From Tricharina praecox (taxonomy: Eukaryota): 64,000 nt of DNA. Shown here in pieces: positions 39,119-52,151 of the stretch; positions within the stretch are counted from its first letter, which is position 1, and each line of letters begins with the position of its first letter. The position numbers were made by a program, and so were the translations under genes. The stretch spans positions 1 to 64,000 of the forward strand of contig NW_026250446.1 of assembly GCF_024521635.1 (NCBI RefSeq). Direction: 5' to 3'. Under the pieces are notes generated by a model. That model was not told the DNA's origin and did no database searches. It was given only the letters and a program-made list of their open reading frames with translations.

Positions 39119-40115
39119 ATGAGCAGCGCACCCGGCCACGGCGTGATATGTGCACGTCTTTTACTTCCTGCGCGCCTGGTCTTGCCGTCGCTCTCGTTTC
39201 AGTACCCTCTCAAACTTATCTCGTCCTCAGTGCCGTCCTCAAAATGCCTTACCGTCTTCATCCTTAGCTACGGTGGAGGCCTCGTCTCGAACGACAAGAT
39301 CGACCTTAGGATTACCGTTGAAGAAGCCGCGAAGCTGTGTTTATTGACTCAAGGTGTCTGAGCCTCCTCCTCTCCTCTCCAGCATGCCTGCGGGATAGTT
39401 GCTAACCATCCAGGCAGGCCACACCAAAGTTTTCAAGCAGAAAGACCCCTCCGATCGCACAACCCAAACGCTTACCTGCACGCTCGAGCCCCGTTCCTCG
39501 CTCCTCCTCCTACCCGACCCGATCCAACCCTTCGCCGCCTCAAACTACAAGCAACACCAACTCTTCCACCTTCCGGCCGACGACACCGCCTCGCTCATCG
39601 TCCTCGACTGGGTAACCGAAGGCCGATCCGCGCGCGGCGAGCACTGGAACCTATCCTCGTTTATCTCCCGGAACGAGTTCTTTTCTCCACCGAAGGGGGA
39701 GGGGCTTGCGCCGCGTCTGCTCCTGCGCGACTCGATGGTCCTCACCGGCGACGGCGAAGCCGGCAGGCTCCTCGAGCGCATGGAGTCGCAAACCGTCTTT
39801 GCGACGGTCATGATTCACGGACCTCTCTTCGTAAAGCTCGAGGAAGCGGTTCTAGAGAAGTTCAGGGATGAGCCCCGGATCGGCGGGAGGAACTTCGATA
39901 ATCGAGGCGACTTCAAGAAAGACGACGAGCGCAAGGGCGGCGTTGTATGGACGGCGGCCCGCGTGAGGGGGTTTGTGCTGGTTAAGGTTACTGGGAGGGA
40001 ATTGGAGGAGGTTAAGGTTTTCATTAGAGGATTGTTGCTACTCGGTGGTGGCACGGACGGAGACGGAGAGGTGGTGAGGAAGTTTGGCGAGGGCGCGTTG
40101 TTGTGCTTACAGTGA
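39119..40115 (+). CDS. ureD: Urease accessory protein UreD, 2 exons
   Basis: FQYPLKL, SYGGGLVSND, LLTQG|HTKVFK, LLPDPIQPF and DWVTEGRSARGEHW. Intron at 39354-39417. Confidence 0.95.
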
Positions 40116-40929
40116 GTTTGGGTAACTTGGACGTAAATCTTGGATAAGGATAAGCAATGAGATTAGGTGTGTGCGCACCGCCACACCTGCCACATATTGA
40201 CGCCACATTTTGATGCCACACCGAGTGAAAAATCTGCGATTGCCGGGGAGATGCTTCGTGCCTTCAGCCTGGCTTTTACCTTGCAGACTCCTCACAATCC
40301 GAGGAAGTCATCAGTTAGTCTGGAATCTATACCGATAAGTGTACGCCCAAGCACTAAGGATGTAGAAACGAGTCTCTTGGTGAGCTCCGCAGAACCGAAC
40401 AATGAAAATACTATCAGACCAGACCTCGTAGTCCCACTCAGAGGCTCCCGGACCCTACAATCGAGTATCATCCAGCTGTCTCCTCGGCGCATGTAGGTAC
40501 TCCCACACGTTCAACAACTCACCATCGCGAGCCTAACTGCGAATATGCGAGTGATATCGTATGTTCGTCCCGGGGGGGAAAACCTACGTATGAATGGACC
40601 ACTATGGCCCAGGGTACCGTAGGATTGTACGGGGTAACTACTCACTCACTTCGGATCGTACAGGAAGCCAAGCGGCGTAAGATAGCGAGCTGATTTCATT
40701 ACTCAATATCTTCAGCCGGGTGTTCGCAGCGGATGGACCAAGGGACAGTGTCACAGTGGATAGGCGGGCAAGCAGGCTACAGCACATGGAAGCAGGAGGA
40801 ACAGGAAACGAGGAAACAGAAGAAATAAACTACATCTAATGAAATGAAAACAAGGTCCCAAGGCTAACTGCCAAACAAATCAAGAACTGTCCGACCTCCC
40901 CCCATGCTCGCCCCAAGATAGCCCAAAGA

Positions 40930-41124
40930 TCACCATTTCGCCGGAGTGCCGACCTTTTTGCAAGTCGGACATTCAAACTTACTCCCGACGAGCACGTCTT
41001 TGGAGAGCAGACATTCCATGTGAATGCCTTGATGCTCAGACCTGCTCATTTTCGCTCCGGTATCCGGGTACACGGCGCGCTTACACAATGGGCACGGCCC
41101 GGCGCAGGTCCAGACTGAGGTCAT
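40930..41124 (-). CDS. RING-H2-only microprotein M1 (64 aa; third Cys replaced by Ser)
   Basis: CPLC...SEHQGIHMEC...CPTC, with ACAGCC-ATG context. Confidence 0.75.
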   Translation of the reverse strand: MTSVWTCAGPCPLCKRAVYPDTGAKMSRSEHQGIHMECLLSKDVLVGSKFECPTCKKVGTPAKW

Positions 41125-41672
41125 GGCTGTGATGATTTCGAAAAGTGTAGTTGTTAAAGCGGTTGTTATAGAGGAACGATTATTGTGCGATGTGCGATGT
41201 GCGATGTTCGATGTCCGATGTGGGATGTGTGTGTATGAGCGAATGTCAGTTAATTCGTCGTTTCGTGTGTGTATGTGTGAATTTCAGGTAGGTGGTGGAT
41301 GTTGAGCTGTTGTGGATGCTTGACTGTGGTGATGAGCGGGAAAGGAACGGAGGAAAGACGAGCCTTTATCTATGACAGACGGCGCTCGCAATTTAATGAG
41401 CTGCCTCTGTTCAGGCCGACAGAAAGTAAGAAGACACGGAGAAAGTAAGAAGACACGGAGAAAGTACTGTAACCACGCCGACTTTCAAAATATCAATGTA
41501 GCCCGAGACTCCAATGCGCTGTGCCGCCAAGAGTCGAACGCACGTTCCATGGCTACAACCCATCGACGACGCCATAGTCAGGATAACAGAGACTTCATCC
41601 CCTCGCATACAGCCAGGAAGGTGATGTTTCGTTTCTATGGCGGTACCGAGAAGGCTCCTGATATTCTGACAT

Positions 41673-41850
41673 CAGGCATGGGAATTGTCCGTCCAGTCCG
41701 TCCTGGGTTACGCACCGGACGGGACCGTATTTCTCGGGCCCCGAACGGAAAACGGGGGCACTGGACAGATAAAACTACCGTAAAACCACCGTTGTGAGGG
41801 GAATCCGGTCTTGTGTGTTGAATTCTACTCGGAATCTTGATTTCCGACTA
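41673..41850. mobile_element. Single hAT-MITE end at the M1/M2 junction
   Basis: Begins CAGGCATGGGAATTGTCCGTCC, 20/22 identical to the TIR of the 8626-9021 MITE. No second TIR was found, so the right boundary is approximate. Confidence 0.65.
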
Positions 41851-42164
41851 CTTTTTCGTTTCTACGGCCGTGCCGAGAAGACTCCCGATATCCTGTTGCA
41901 GAGTCGGTATCTAATTCTGCACACCAAGGATCCCCAATCACGAACTTCCATTGATCCGATCTCTTCAGCCGAGTGCTCGCGGCGGATGGGCCAAGGCACA
42001 ATGTCCCAGTGGCGAGGCGGGCATACAGCACATGGAAGCAGGAGGAACACGAAACGAGGAAACAGAAGAAACAAACTGGATGTAATCTAATCAAAAGACG
42101 ATCCCAAAGCTAACTGACAAAGATATCAAGCACGTCTCAATCGCTCCCCATGCTCCCCCAAAAA

Positions 42165-42359
42165 TCACCATTTTGCCGCTGTAACGGGCCTGCGGCAAGT
42201 CGGGCATTGATAGCCACACACGACGCGTACACCCTTGTTTTTTAGACATTCCATGTGAAAGCCCATATGCCCACACTTGCTCATTTTCGTTCCGGTACCT
42301 GGGTACGCGGCGCGATTGCACAACGGGCACGGCACGGCGTAGGTCCAGACTGACGACAT
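42165..42359 (-). CDS. RING-H2-only microprotein M2 (64 aa)
   Basis: CPLC...CGHMGFHMEC...CPTC, with all eight ligands present. Confidence 0.8.
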   Translation of the reverse strand: MSSVWTYAVPCPLCNRAAYPGTGTKMSKCGHMGFHMECLKNKGVRVVCGYQCPTCRRPVTAAKW

Positions 42360-43057
42360 GGCTGTGGGGGTTCCGAAAAGTGTAGTGGTGGAAAGCGGTT
42401 GTTGTAGAGGAAATAGTTATTGTGCGAGGTGCGATGTGCGATGTGTGTGTATGAGCGAATTTCAGGTAGGCGGTGGATGTTAAACTGTGACGATGGGCGG
42501 GAAAGGGACGGAGGAAGAACGGGCCTTTTTCCATAAAAAACAGAGCTCGCAGTTCAATGAACTGCCTATGTTCAGGCTGACAGAACGTAAGAAGACGCGG
42601 AGAAAGTATTGTAACGACCCAGACTTTCAAAATATCTTTCCTTGCTTCGAGTGATGGCCTGTGTCGGAGGCAATGCAACTTATGGAGGACTTTCGTGTTT
42701 CCCTCAGCTTACACGACGGCTGGATATGCCCGAGCGATGGCCATGGCCAGTGCTCCTCGCGGCTGTATGCATATGGTGCTGATGCACGCGTGGGACAGCG
42801 GTGGGGGGAGGTAAAGAGTCCGGAAGGGTGAGGATATGGTGAGATGTGGATAGTCTCCTCTGTGACACTCGAAATGATATCAAAGGGTACGTATGGAGAA
42901 CATGAATCACAACAGGTGTTCGCAAAGATAGTGATCACGACTTCATTCGACTTGCGCCTGGTATCGTCTAAATTTACATGCCTCTTAATTCTTACAACCA
43001 ATCAAACAATGCCATCAACATAAACCACGCTTAGCCCTTCCCAAAAATGCAAATCCC

Positions 43058-44413
<1,356 letters not shown>

Positions 44414-46089
44414 GATGGCGTGTAGGTGAAAGGTTTTTTGAGAAGATGAGATGATGGTATGGGGTTATTTGGCTTTCTGTCGAAGAATGACCTGAACATC
44501 TATCGCGGGGCAGGTCCTTTATAGTTCTCCCCGTTCGCCCTATCGTAGTTCCCTGGCATGGGCTAGATACTGACGCGATCCCGTCCTAACGCAGGCGGAC
44601 ATCACCATGAACTCCGACGATGGAGCTCGGAATACCGTGGATTGCGAATCGCAACCCTGCAAACTGGGGTTTGGTGTGCTTGATAATCCAACGCAAGGAA
44701 CGAACTTTTCTTCCGCGTTCTGGCGCGCGGAGAAATAGCGCGAATCGGCTGGCTTACCCGTCACCGTTAGCTTGAGTAAATTTCCGGCTACGCGACCACC
44801 ACCAACGGGGAGCCGTTACATACACACGACGTTAAAATAAGCAGCGGCCGATGACCGCTGACCGCCTGCCGTTCCCGCCATCTAAAACGTGTCGGCCAAC
44901 CGTCCATACGGTACTGTGGTAGTCCACTGACAGGGCAAGCGCCACCGTGAAAATTCACACAACAATCACCCCTCATGGGATGGACGGCTTTCCGATCCGG
45001 CAACGCTGATCCACACGTGAACCTTGGCTGGCTATTCCGAATTCTATGGCCCCATTATGTGGTCGATCCCAGTTCGGCGATGTTCTTCGGTGAGCCGATC
45101 GCAAGGGTGCAAAGAACAGCCGCGTAACTGGTCAGTGCGTTTTTACGCATGTCCGAAGAAGAATTCAAGAACGTTGAAATCGCCTCTTGATTCCCCCAAG
45201 CTTCCTATTGGACGCGCCGGTTCCTGGAGTCAGGAATTCCGCACTAAGATCTCGACGGAGAGCTAGCGTGGTACGCGAATTCTGTCGGTGATCAGTGAAC
45301 CCGGAGTTAACTTCATCAAGCACTGATACATACTAACGCGCCCCGTGTCTCGCTTGGAGACATCCGGCAGGAATGTGCCGTAGATGGGTTTCGATCACAG
45401 ATCCGCAGCGGTATCCTGACGATTCGAGGCCATAGTGAGCTAGTTCTGACTCCTTCATGGGATCATGGTGAGTCGTAGGTGGGTTCGGTGGGCAGGGTTC
45501 GGAGCCGGGGGGATAGGTGCTGGAACAGCGATGTTCCGAGTTGAGAGTTGAGTTGCACCGTGTGCACGGATACGATGGCGAGCTCGGACGATGCTGTTTG
45601 CCTGCGATATCAGTGCTTCCGGCTCGGCAGTACGGCAATACCGAGGTTGGATTGATCAGCGCGACATACCTACAGCAGTGACTGATTACCGCTGCGTACC
45701 TGGATCGCAATGACGAACGAGAATCGCGCAACTCGCAACTCAAATAACCACCTTCTTTCGCGACGGTCTCGCTGTCCGGTGGGAGAGTCGGTCGTGTCAT
45801 TCAGCTTGCTGGTATCTATGGAGGATAGGAAAGACGTCGCACTGCGGCTCGTCGTGAGATTCCTTCCGGACGCCTTATGACATAATGCGCGCCATCCCGG
45901 TGCGGTTAGCACATCCGTGCCCTTGCATGCGGCTCCAAAAAAACTCAGCGAAGCTGAATTCACCGCGAACGGTCACGAATCCGACTCCACCGCGAACGAT
46001 CACAAATCCAACTCCACCACCACCAGTCTCCACACCATCTTGCCCCCTGCATAGCCTGCCTGCCTCACGTCGATCGTGCAATCGCTGCA

Positions 46090-46956
46090 ATGGTCAACAA
46101 AAAAGCCCGCAACAAGGACCAAGAGCTGGAGTAACCCCACCCTCTCTCAACCACCCCGCTCCACCTTTGCTAACCTAACCGCACACGCAGCTTCGATCTC
46201 CCCCCGACGAAACTAGCCAAGACAGCCAACCTCTCGACAACCAAGGAACGTAAACGCAAATCGAAACCTGGCGCGAAACGATGGGAGGATGAGGATGACA
46301 CGCCCAAGGCATTCGCGCGCATGATGTCTGGCGGTTCGAAGAGGAGTGGGCTGGATGAAGGAGGGGACAAGAAACGGAAACGGAAGCCGGAAGAGGAGAA
46401 GAAGACGACGCGCTCGGATCTCAAAATTCAGCCGGGCGAGTCCCTCCGGGAGTTCGGTCGGCGGGTGGACCAGGCGATACCGGTTGTGTTTCCGCGCGGC
46501 AACGGGAGTGCGAGGGAGAAGAAGAAGAAGAAGACGAAAGAGGTTGTGAAGGAAGATGAGGACGATAGTAATCTTGAGCCGGAGGAGGGTGAAGAGATCA
46601 ACAGTGACGATGACGACGAGGAAAAGGATATGCTGCGGCAGGCGAGGGAAGGCTTTGAGGCGGCCAAGCGGAAGAGGGGAAAAAGACGCGGGGACAGCCC
46701 GGATCCATGGGCGGACCTGGAAAAGAAGAGGGAACAGATCAAGTTTGGAGACGTTGCTGCGGCGCCGCCTACGTTGAAGAAACCTCGGGCGCTGCTGTAT
46801 CTGGGGGGTAAGGCGGCTGCGGCGGTGGATGTGGACGGCGTACCGAAGAGTGCAGGAAGTTTGGCGAAGAGAGAGGAGCTCGCCGGCCAGAGGAGGAACA
46901 TCATCGAGGAGTATCGCAAGATGATGGCGGAGAAGAGAGCGAAGGAGGCTCTGTGA
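46090..46956 (+). CDS. Conserved Lys/Glu-rich fungal protein (resembles the UPF0653/CCDC137-like family), 2 exons
   Basis: Intron at 46131-46190. The spliced product has FDLPP, DDTPKAFARMM, IQPGESLREFGRRVD, DPW, FGDVAAAPP and RRNIIEEYRKMM. The family name is recalled, not searched. Confidence 0.8.
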
Positions 46957-47915
46957 TTGGCATCAGGGAGTGCTATAGCGTTAATACAGCAGCTTTCAGC
47001 TGGAATGAAGTTTCAGAAGCTTGATAGCTTTAGTCTGGTGTACAAACAAGTCTCTTCACATCTCCCGACACTCGCCGTTCTCTGCACGACACCATGCCAG
47101 GTCCTACTGAATGTCATATTGATCGGAATGATTAGGTCCTTTGGGGCCATGACAGTCCATTTCCTCCAGGAAAACCCGCTATTGGGCCAGCAGTCCTAGA
47201 TATATCGATAGAGTTGCATTGAACGTGAAGATTTCGCGAAACGAAACCACTTTGACGGCAGCGGCACGACGCCACCGCGCCACATCAGTAATCTAATGAA
47301 TCGCATCGACTATGAGATATCACTCGTCAGCCGACACCATCCCCGAGTTTCGTCAGCGCGAGCAGTTTGAAACAGTCGGACGTTTCCGAGATCATGGTCG
47401 CTCGGTGGATCTGATGAAAGCTGAGCTACCCAGAAACCACGGCAACACCGTGTAGGATTGACGAGAAGAAAGGCAACACGAAATGATTCATTGGGAACTT
47501 CATAACGGGATCTCTGGGAAAGCCTCGCGGCCGAGACATCCTGCAGGGGGTTTCACCTTCAGATACATCATCTTCCTGATTGTATACGAGCGGATGAAGT
47601 CTCTGTTGCGGTCTCCGCGGATTCGTCGATTGGTTTGTAGAGGAGGATACCTAGGTAGTTCATTAGGCTCTTCGCGGCATATCGCATCGGAGTGTTTGGC
47701 TAAATTTACGTTTTAAATGTCAGCGCCGTCACAATAATTTCTCTTGACCTGAACACAGGCAGTTCGTTGAATTGCGAGCTCCGTGTTTTAAGGATAAAAG
47801 GCCGTTCTTCCTCCGTCTCATTCCCGCTCATCACCATAGTTAAACATCTACCACAGTTCAGCACCAACCACCTACCTGAAATTCTCTCATACACGCACAT
47901 CGCACATTACACGTT

Positions 47916-47951
<36 letters not shown>

Positions 47952-48023
47952 CACATCGCGCAACTATTTCCTTTACAACAAACGCTTTCCACAACTACAC
48001 TTTTCGAAATCTTCACCACAGCT

Positions 48024-48215
48024 ATGCCAATGTCGACCGGTGCCGGGCCGTGCCCGCTATGTAACCGCCCCGTGTACCCAGGTACCGGAGCGAAAATGAG
48101 CAAGTGTGGGCATTCAGGCATTCATATGGAATGTCTGATGTACAATAGCGTGCACGTCGGGAGTGGGTACGAATGCCCGACTTGCCACAAGCCCGGCACA
48201 CCGACAAAATGGTGA
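48024..48215 (+). CDS. RING-H2-only microprotein P1 (63 aa)
   Basis: C-x2-C-x14-C-x-H-x3-H-x2-C-x13-C-x2-C. Differences from P2 are mostly synonymous. Confidence 0.85.
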   Translation: MPMSTGAGPCPLCNRPVYPGTGAKMSKCGHSGIHMECLMYNSVHVGSGYECPTCHKPGTPTKW

Positions 48216-49003
48216 TCTTCGAGAGAGCACGGGGAGCTGTAGCGAGCGGTCGGACCGTTCTTGATTTGTTTGGCAGTTAGCTTTGGGTTCGTTTTTGTCA
48301 TTTAGTTTTGGGACCGTCTTTTCATTACATTACATCCAGTTTATTTCTTCAGTTTTCTCGTTTGGTGTTCCTCCTGCTTCCATGTGATGTTTTCCCGCCT
48401 CGCCACTGTGACACTGTCCCTTGGTCTGTCCGCGGCGAACATCCGGCTGTAGAGATCGGAGTAATGAAAGTTCGTTATTGGGCAGCATTGTTGTGCAGAA
48501 CTAGATATCCACTGTGCCACAGGATATCGGGAGCCTACTCAGTACGGCGGTAGAAACGAGACATCATTTTCCTAGCGGTATGCGAGGGGTTGAAGTCTCT
48601 TTTACGCTCACCGCTTTAGTGGAGAGTGCGTTCCGCTCTTCGCGGCACAACGCATCGGAGTTTTTGGCTGCCCATATTTACATTTCAAATGTCAGCGGCG
48701 TCACAATACTTTCTCCGCGTCTGCTCAGTTTCCGTCGACCTGGACGTAGGCCGTTCATTGAATTGCGAGCCCCGTATTTTATGAATAAAGGCCGACCCTT
48801 CTTCCCTCTCTTTCCCGCTCATCACCACAGTTCCACAACCACAACAGCTCAACATCCACAACCTACCTGAAATTCACACATCCACAAATAAAACCACGAA
48901 TTACCTAAGATTCGCTCAAACACACACATCGCACATCGCACAACAACAACCATTTCCGCTACATCAATCACTTTCAACCACAGTTTTCGAAATCATCACA
49001 GCC

Positions 49004-49195
49004 ATGCCAATGTTGACTGGCGCCGGGCCGTGCCCGCTGTGTAATCGCCCTGTGTACCCAGGTACCGGAGCGAAAATGAGCAAGTGTGGGCATTCCGGCA
49101 TTCACATGGAGTGTCTGATGTACAACGGCGTGCACGTCGGGAGTGGGTACGAATGCCCGACTTGCCACAAGCCCGGCACACCGACAAAATGGTGA
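49004..49195 (+). CDS. RING-H2-only microprotein P2 (63 aa)
   Basis: Same pattern as P1, with 61/63 residues identical. Confidence 0.85.
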   Translation: MPMLTGAGPCPLCNRPVYPGTGAKMSKCGHSGIHMECLMYNGVHVGSGYECPTCHKPGTPTKW

Positions 49196-49444
49196 TCTTT
49201 GGGCGAGCATGAGGAGCCCATGAGGAGTGGTTGGAACGTTCTTGATTTTTTTGGCAGTCAGCTTTGGGACCGTCTTTGTTGGTTAGCTTTGGGATCGTCT
49301 TTTCATTACATATAGTTGATTTCTTCTGTTTCCTCGTCTCCATGTGATGTTTGCCCGCCTTGCCACTGTGACACTGCCCCTTGGTCCACCCGCCGCGAAC
49401 ACCCGGCTGAAGAGATCCGAGTAATGGAACTTCGTGGACTGCGA

Positions 49445-50115
49445 CTAGTAGAGACACAGCTCAACAATCCAGCCCGTAGAGCAGCAGTCAGACTTGCATC
49501 CCTCTCTAAGGGTTATCAGGTTAGAGAGATTATCGGCCCAAAAAGCCCACTTGGAAGACGGCTCATCACTCGGCTCTGAGATCCGGAGGAACACGAAACC
49601 ACGGGACTCCAGCAAGAATCGGCCCTGGAGAGGGTCGGCAATAGAAAACAAGCAGTAGCGACGACGATAACTGCAAGGCCGAATCTGATACCGTGGACGT
49701 ACAGATCACGACCTGAGAATGGGGCATGTGGATATGGGGTCGTCTGGAACACTGATCGACAGTAGAAGGGACACCACATCCACATGGGGTTCAACTAGGA
49801 AGCGTATGACGCTCAATGCGAAGCCATCTTTAGGGCGTTAGAGGTGGCAGCAGCAAGACAGCTACAATGGGGCCTTCGATTGACGAGAGTGACCATCTCC
49901 ACAGACTCGACCGCCGCAATCAAACGAGTGAAGACAACCGAGATAAGACCTGGGCAAACATATGCCATGCGAGCCAGAAGCGCCACCACAGGTATCATAT
50001 GCCCAATTGAAATTCGGTGGTGCCCAGCACATATAGGGATAGAAGGAAACGAGATGGCGGACGTATAGGCGAAGCAGGCAGCGTCTGAACCCGACAAGCG
50101 AGGAGTGGAGTGGCT
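49445..50115 (+). mobile_element. Internal fragment of a Tad1-like LINE (RNase H domain), degenerate
   Basis: A single frame reads ENGACGYGVVW..HMGFN*EAYDAQCEAIFRAL..TISTDSTAAI..IRWCPAHIGIEGNEMAD.*AKQAA with four stops. Confidence 0.92.
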
Positions 50116-50399
50116 ACATTTACATTTTGAATGTCACCTATGTTCAGGCCGACAGCAAGGCAGTTCATTGAATTGCGAGCTCTGTGTTTTGTGGTTAAAA
50201 GTCCGTCCTTCCTCCGTCCCTTTCCCGCTCATGTCACCACAGTTCAACATCCACCGCCTACCTGAAATTCACCCATACGCACACACACTACCACCAATTA
50301 CCTAAGATTGGTTCCAACACACACATATTACAGCTCGCACCACAGCTATTTTCACATCAATCGCTTTCCACGACTACGCTTCTCGGAATCTTCACAGCC

Positions 50400-50591
50400 A
50401 TGCCACTCCCGACCGCCGTTGGGCCATGCCTGTTGTGCATTCGCCCCGTGTACCCGGGTACCGGAGCGAAAATGAGTAGGTGTGGGCATTCCTACGTTCA
50501 TATGTACTGCCTGTTCTACAAGGGTGTGCGCACCGGGACAGGGTTTGAGTGCCCGACTTGCAAGAAGCCCGGCGTACCGTCAAAATGTTGA
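50400..50591 (+). CDS. RING-H2-only microprotein P3 (63 aa)
   Basis: CLLC...CGHSYVHMYC...CPTC, with all eight ligands present. Confidence 0.8.
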   Translation: MPLPTAVGPCLLCIRPVYPGTGAKMSRCGHSYVHMYCLFYKGVRTGTGFECPTCKKPGVPSKC

Positions 50592-51441
50592 TCTTTGGAA
50601 CCAGCATGGGCAGCGATTGAACCGTTCTTGATTATTGATCAGTTAGCTTTGGAACCGTCTTTTCATTACACCTACCTAGTTTATCTCTTCTGTATTCTCG
50701 TTTCGTGTTTCTCCTGCTTCGATGTACTGTTTGCGCGCCTCGCCAATCATGAGAAACCCCCCATTCTCAACGACCCTCCTCAAATAGCTCCGAGTAATAA
50801 CCAGCTGCCTTTCCACGACTCTTTGTGCACGATCTCTCACTCCCAGAACAATACCCATGCCGGTTGTTGCTAATCGTCCAGTCCTCGCAGCTACGCCCTA
50901 TACCCTGCACACCGCAAACTGAAGATGAACACATCCGTACCTTGCCCGGATTCCCGACATGCCTCGCTCTTGTGGCCACGTCGTTTTCCCACGTGCTACG
51001 CAATTAGTGATGCACGCGACTGAGCATAGAGGCCTCCGCAATAACCACACCGACATCACAGGCCCCTCCTCCATCAATAACCACACTTCCTCTTAGATGC
51101 CAATGATTATCGCCACTCGTCCTTATGCGACGCATTTGTAGCTGAGACAAGTGACCAACCACGGTCTGTCCCTGTTGCGGCTGTGATCAGACGGTCAGAC
51201 ACCTAGATATCGATGACTTCACGGGACGAGATAGGAAGAGATCAAAGTGCAGCGTCGTATAGGTTATCATTCAAGCGAGCGGCGCGGTAATGCGAGAACG
51301 AGTACAGAGAAATGAAATATGTAGATTGTAAGAAATGATTCCGGGATATCCGCACGCCGATCGCTGCCAACAGAGGAGTAGAAACGTAATGTAGTTCGTG
51401 AGGGCGACTCCATCGATGATCAACAGGCTACTCAGTGCATC

Positions 51442-51849
51442 TTATTTGCTCGCTTTCTTGAGCTTCTCTTGTTCCGCCCTTCATATTGTCAGCTCCACAC
51501 GCAACGAAGCCATAGTTGGCAAGGAAGGCAAGACTACTTCAACTGCGTCGAAAAGCTATCGAGCGCCTCATCGTCGTCCCAAGTCTCCTCCCACGGCTTC
51601 TTTCCGGTATCTTGATTCTTTTCGTCGGTCTCGGGTGACCAGTCTGTCCGCCAGAACACCCATACATCAGTCCTTGTGCGCGCGACGGTAGAGGTGGTGG
51701 GGATGCATCGCGTAAGACATGCCTTCGGCTGGAAAGTCCTCGAACTCATCGTCCTCATCGACCACCTTCACGGGCTTCTTCTTCGTCGGGAGGGCGGCGG
51801 CAGCGGCAGCTGCACCTGCGGCGGAGGCCTTCGACTTCGGCGCGGGCAT
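51442..51849 (-). CDS. SEM1: DSS1/Sem1 26S proteasome lid subunit, 3 exons
   Basis: DEDDEFEDFPAE-DW...WEETWDDD...FSTQLK-AE. Exons are 51849-51723, 51643-51538 and 51478-51442. The first intron is GC-AG. Confidence 0.95.
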
Positions 51850-52117
51850 GGCTGATGGGATGATGGAGGAAGCGCGAGGCGGTGGTGGCGGCGGCGGTGA
51901 TGGATGGAGCAACGACGGTGGTTTGCGGGGTAACTGGGTTGACGATGGGTTGGCTGGCGATGTGAACCGTGCGAAAGAACGAACCCGATCAAAAGTTGGG
52001 CGACGTAGAAGAACGGACTTAGCTACAGCAAAGCGCGTGCAGCTCTGGGTAAAAGACGTCACCCCCTGGGAGAACCTAAGCTTCGATTCCTGCTGCTCGC
52101 TGCGTTTCACGTAAATT

Positions 52118-52151
52118 GTGGTGCGGGGTGACCCGGATTACCCCGCACCAC
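52118..52151. promoter_or_regulatory. GC-rich inverted repeat upstream of SEM1
   Basis: GTGGTGCGGGGT-N10-ACCCCGCACCAC has perfect 12-bp arms. A regulatory role is inferred only from position. Confidence 0.45.

Larger units (their letters stand above)
40690..42635 (-). repeat. Tandem pair of ~1-kb RING-microprotein units (M1 ~40690-41668, M2 ~41853-42635)
   Basis: Non-coding flanks align with each other and, as reverse complement, with 47668-50745. Confidence 0.9.
47668..50745 (+). repeat. Tandem triplet of ~1-kb RING-microprotein units (P1, P2, P3)
   Basis: The P1-P2 period is 980 bp (ATGs at 48024 and 49004). The P2-P3 interval is interrupted by a LINE fragment. Confidence 0.92.
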
